This document shows positions 63,505 through 64,000 of a stretch of DNA of 64,000 nt, piece after piece. The notes beneath the pieces were generated by a model. It did no database searches, was not told the DNA's origin, and worked only from the letters and a program-made list of their open reading frames with translations. The stretch comes from Carcharhinus amblyrhynchos (taxonomy: Eukaryota): contig OZ336895.1 in the NCBI GenBank assembly GCA_965287045.1, forward strand, positions 2,790,001-2,854,000, read 5' to 3'. A program made the translations under genes and the position numbers. Each line of letters starts with the position of its first letter. The first letter of the stretch is position 1.

Positions 63505-64000
63505 ACAAATGTGAGGTAATGCATTTTGGAAGGTCTAATGCAGATAGGAAATATACAGTAAATGGCAGAACCCTTAAGAGTATTGATAGGCAGAGGGATC
63601 TGGGTGTACAGGTGCACAGTTCACTGAAACTGGCAACGCAGGTGGAGAAGGTAGTCAAGTAGGCATATGGCATGCTTGCCTTCATCGGTCGGAGCATTGA
63701 GTTTAAAATTTGGCAAGTCATGTTGCAGCTTTATAGAACCTTAGTTAGGCCGCACTTGGAATATAGTGTTCAATTCTAGTCGCCACACTACCAGAAAAAT
63801 GTGGAGGCTTTGGTGAGGGTACAAAAAAGATTTACCAGGATGTTCCCTGGTATGGAGGGCATCAGCTATGAGGAGAGTTTGGAGAAACTTGATTTGTTCT
63901 CACTGGAACGACGGAGGTTAAGGGGAGACCTGATGGAAGTCTATAAGATTATGTGAGGCATGGACAGAGTGGATAGTCAGAAACTTTTTCCCAGGTGGAA
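63505..64000 (+). mobile_element. CR1/HER1 LINE ORF2 fragment
   Basis: KCEVMHFGR…QRDLGVQVH…LVRPHLEY motifs. Confidence 0.9.

Noticed and set aside
55-63721. Recurrent ORFs such as AQWLALLPHSARDPGSI and MVSTAASQRQGPGF
   Set aside because: These are translations of HE1-type SINEs, not genes.
1-64000. CRISPR arrays, operons, tRNA or rRNA genes
   Set aside because: This is vertebrate DNA with no regularly spaced repeats. The tRNA-like motifs are SINE heads.

Overview
Eukaryotic, repeat-dense genomic DNA, very likely from a shark (elasmobranch), judged by the many HE1-type V-SINEs plus CR1/HER1, Rex1/Babar, L2, RTE, Tx1 and Penelope-like fragments. The only host coding sequence I can support is the 24-nt first coding exon (MYPQARQS, then a GTAAGT donor) of a Groucho/TLE-family corepressor gene on the minus strand at 26429-26452, inside a CpG-rich promoter region. 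Its 5' leader holds a 35-codon upstream ORF with a strong codon signature. Positions 1-26428 appear to be intron 1, since I found no Q-domain exon 2. That intron contains candidate cassette or alternative first exons, several long-range inverted repeats in non-TE sequence, a duplicated 29-nt motif and a T-box or pre-miRNA-like hairpin. Positions 27.7-64 kb are upstream intergenic DNA with TEs and TE-free AT-rich blocks. Nearly all supplied ORFs are spurious or TE remnants. All calls were made by eye and TE boundaries are approximate.
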